Made by a program: the position numbers and the translations under genes. The notes below the pieces were generated by a model that was not told the origin of the DNA, did no database searches, and worked only from the letters and a program-made list of their open reading frames with translations. From Octopus sinensis (lineage: Eukaryota), in assembly GCF_006345805.1 (NCBI RefSeq), contig NC_043014.1:38316001-38380000 (forward strand): DNA of 64,000 nt. Direction: 5' to 3'. This document shows positions 63,284-64,000 of the stretch, piece by piece. Every line of letters starts with the position of its first letter. Position 1 is the stretch's first letter.

Positions 63284-63449
63284 TACGACGGGCTTCTTTC
63301 AGTTTCCATCTACCAAATCTATTCACAAGGCTTTGGCCAGCCTGAGGCTATAGTAGAAGACACTTGCCCAAGGTGTCACGCAGTGGGACTGAACCCGGAA
63401 CCATGTGTTTCGTAAGCAAGCTACTTACCACACAGCCACTCCTACGCCT
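63090..63449 (-). mobile_element. SINE family A
   Basis: Reverse complement of the same modules; further minus copies at about 143-880, 8490-8730, 9090-9330, 13310-13470, 26510-26720, 27140-27290, 48060-48195, 60845-61148 and 61485-61632. Confidence 0.85.
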
Positions 63450-63786
63450 GTCCCCAACTATTTTTTCAAATGTATTTATGCTCAAACCTAAACTGTTCAG
63501 AGCAAAGCTTAAATGTTCCCTGCTCAATTTAAAAACAAACTAATAAAAAATAAAATAAAAACTGACCTGCAAGAAATAACAGCTAAATCTGTCCCTAGTC
63601 ACATCCAAATGTTTGAAACGAAAACTACATTTGACCAAAGGATGCACAGAAAGCTAGGAGGGTCACAGTTGGACTGCTTTTGACCATAGTGTCAACATGA
63701 CCAGAGATGATCAGAGGCTAAACAACTAAGTATTGTAGAATTTGCATAGATTGCAGGCATATTTGAGAATATTTAGTAATACTTAC

Positions 63787-63939
63787 CTTCCCACAGTGGA
63801 CTGAGACCTTCAGGTGTTGTTAAATTTGGATCTGCTCCACAATGCAACAATGCAGAAACACACTGATAATGTCCTTTACGTGCAGCTAGAAGGAGAGGAG
63901 TTTCACCAGCAAAGCTTTGTACATTAACATCCACTTTTC
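63787..63939 (-). CDS. Ankyrin-repeat SOCS-box protein (ASB3/ASB2-like), internal exon A; earlier exons lie beyond the window
   Basis: Acceptor tttcaatttag|GA at 63940 and donor G|gtaagt at 63786; 153 bp, phase 1/1. Translates KVDVNVQSFAGETPLLLAARKGHYQCVSALLHCGADPNLTTPEGLSPLWE, a canonical ankyrin repeat. Absent from the ORF track. Confidence 0.9.
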
Positions 63940-64000
63940 CTAAATTGAAAGAGAAATAAAAAAAGATTTAAATATATATAAACACAACACACAGCTCTGT

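Overview
AT-rich, repeat-dense animal genomic DNA. The SINE/RTE/microsatellite landscape looks like an octopod cephalopod (inference from repeat families). Two protein-coding genes are supported, both on the minus strand. (1) The last five coding exons of an ankyrin-repeat/SOCS-box gene (ASB3/ASB2-like): 63787-63939, 60485-60742, 54587-54770, 48389-49113 and 45845-46029. I joined them by hand; all introns are GT-AG and the splice phases match, giving 500 in-window codons plus a stop. (2) The first coding exon of a NUAK-family AMPK-related kinase (23377-23565); I did not find its remaining exons, which presumably lie left of the window. The rest is mostly tRNA-derived SINEs, 5'-truncated RTE/CR1-group/CRE LINE relics, mariner/Tigger/Merlin/piggyBac-like/Helitron relics and microsatellites. 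Almost all other ORFs in the supplied track are artefacts of these repeats. The most notable non-coding signal is a set of type I hammerhead ribozyme motifs (well formed at 51460-51520 and 51946-52036; weaker at 8997-9045, 32558-32645 and 59045-59090). They sit in (TA)n-flanked, fold-back elements that look like Penelope-like retroelement derivatives, and one is fused to a GIY-YIG endonuclease relic. All coordinates were counted by hand; repeat boundaries are approximate.
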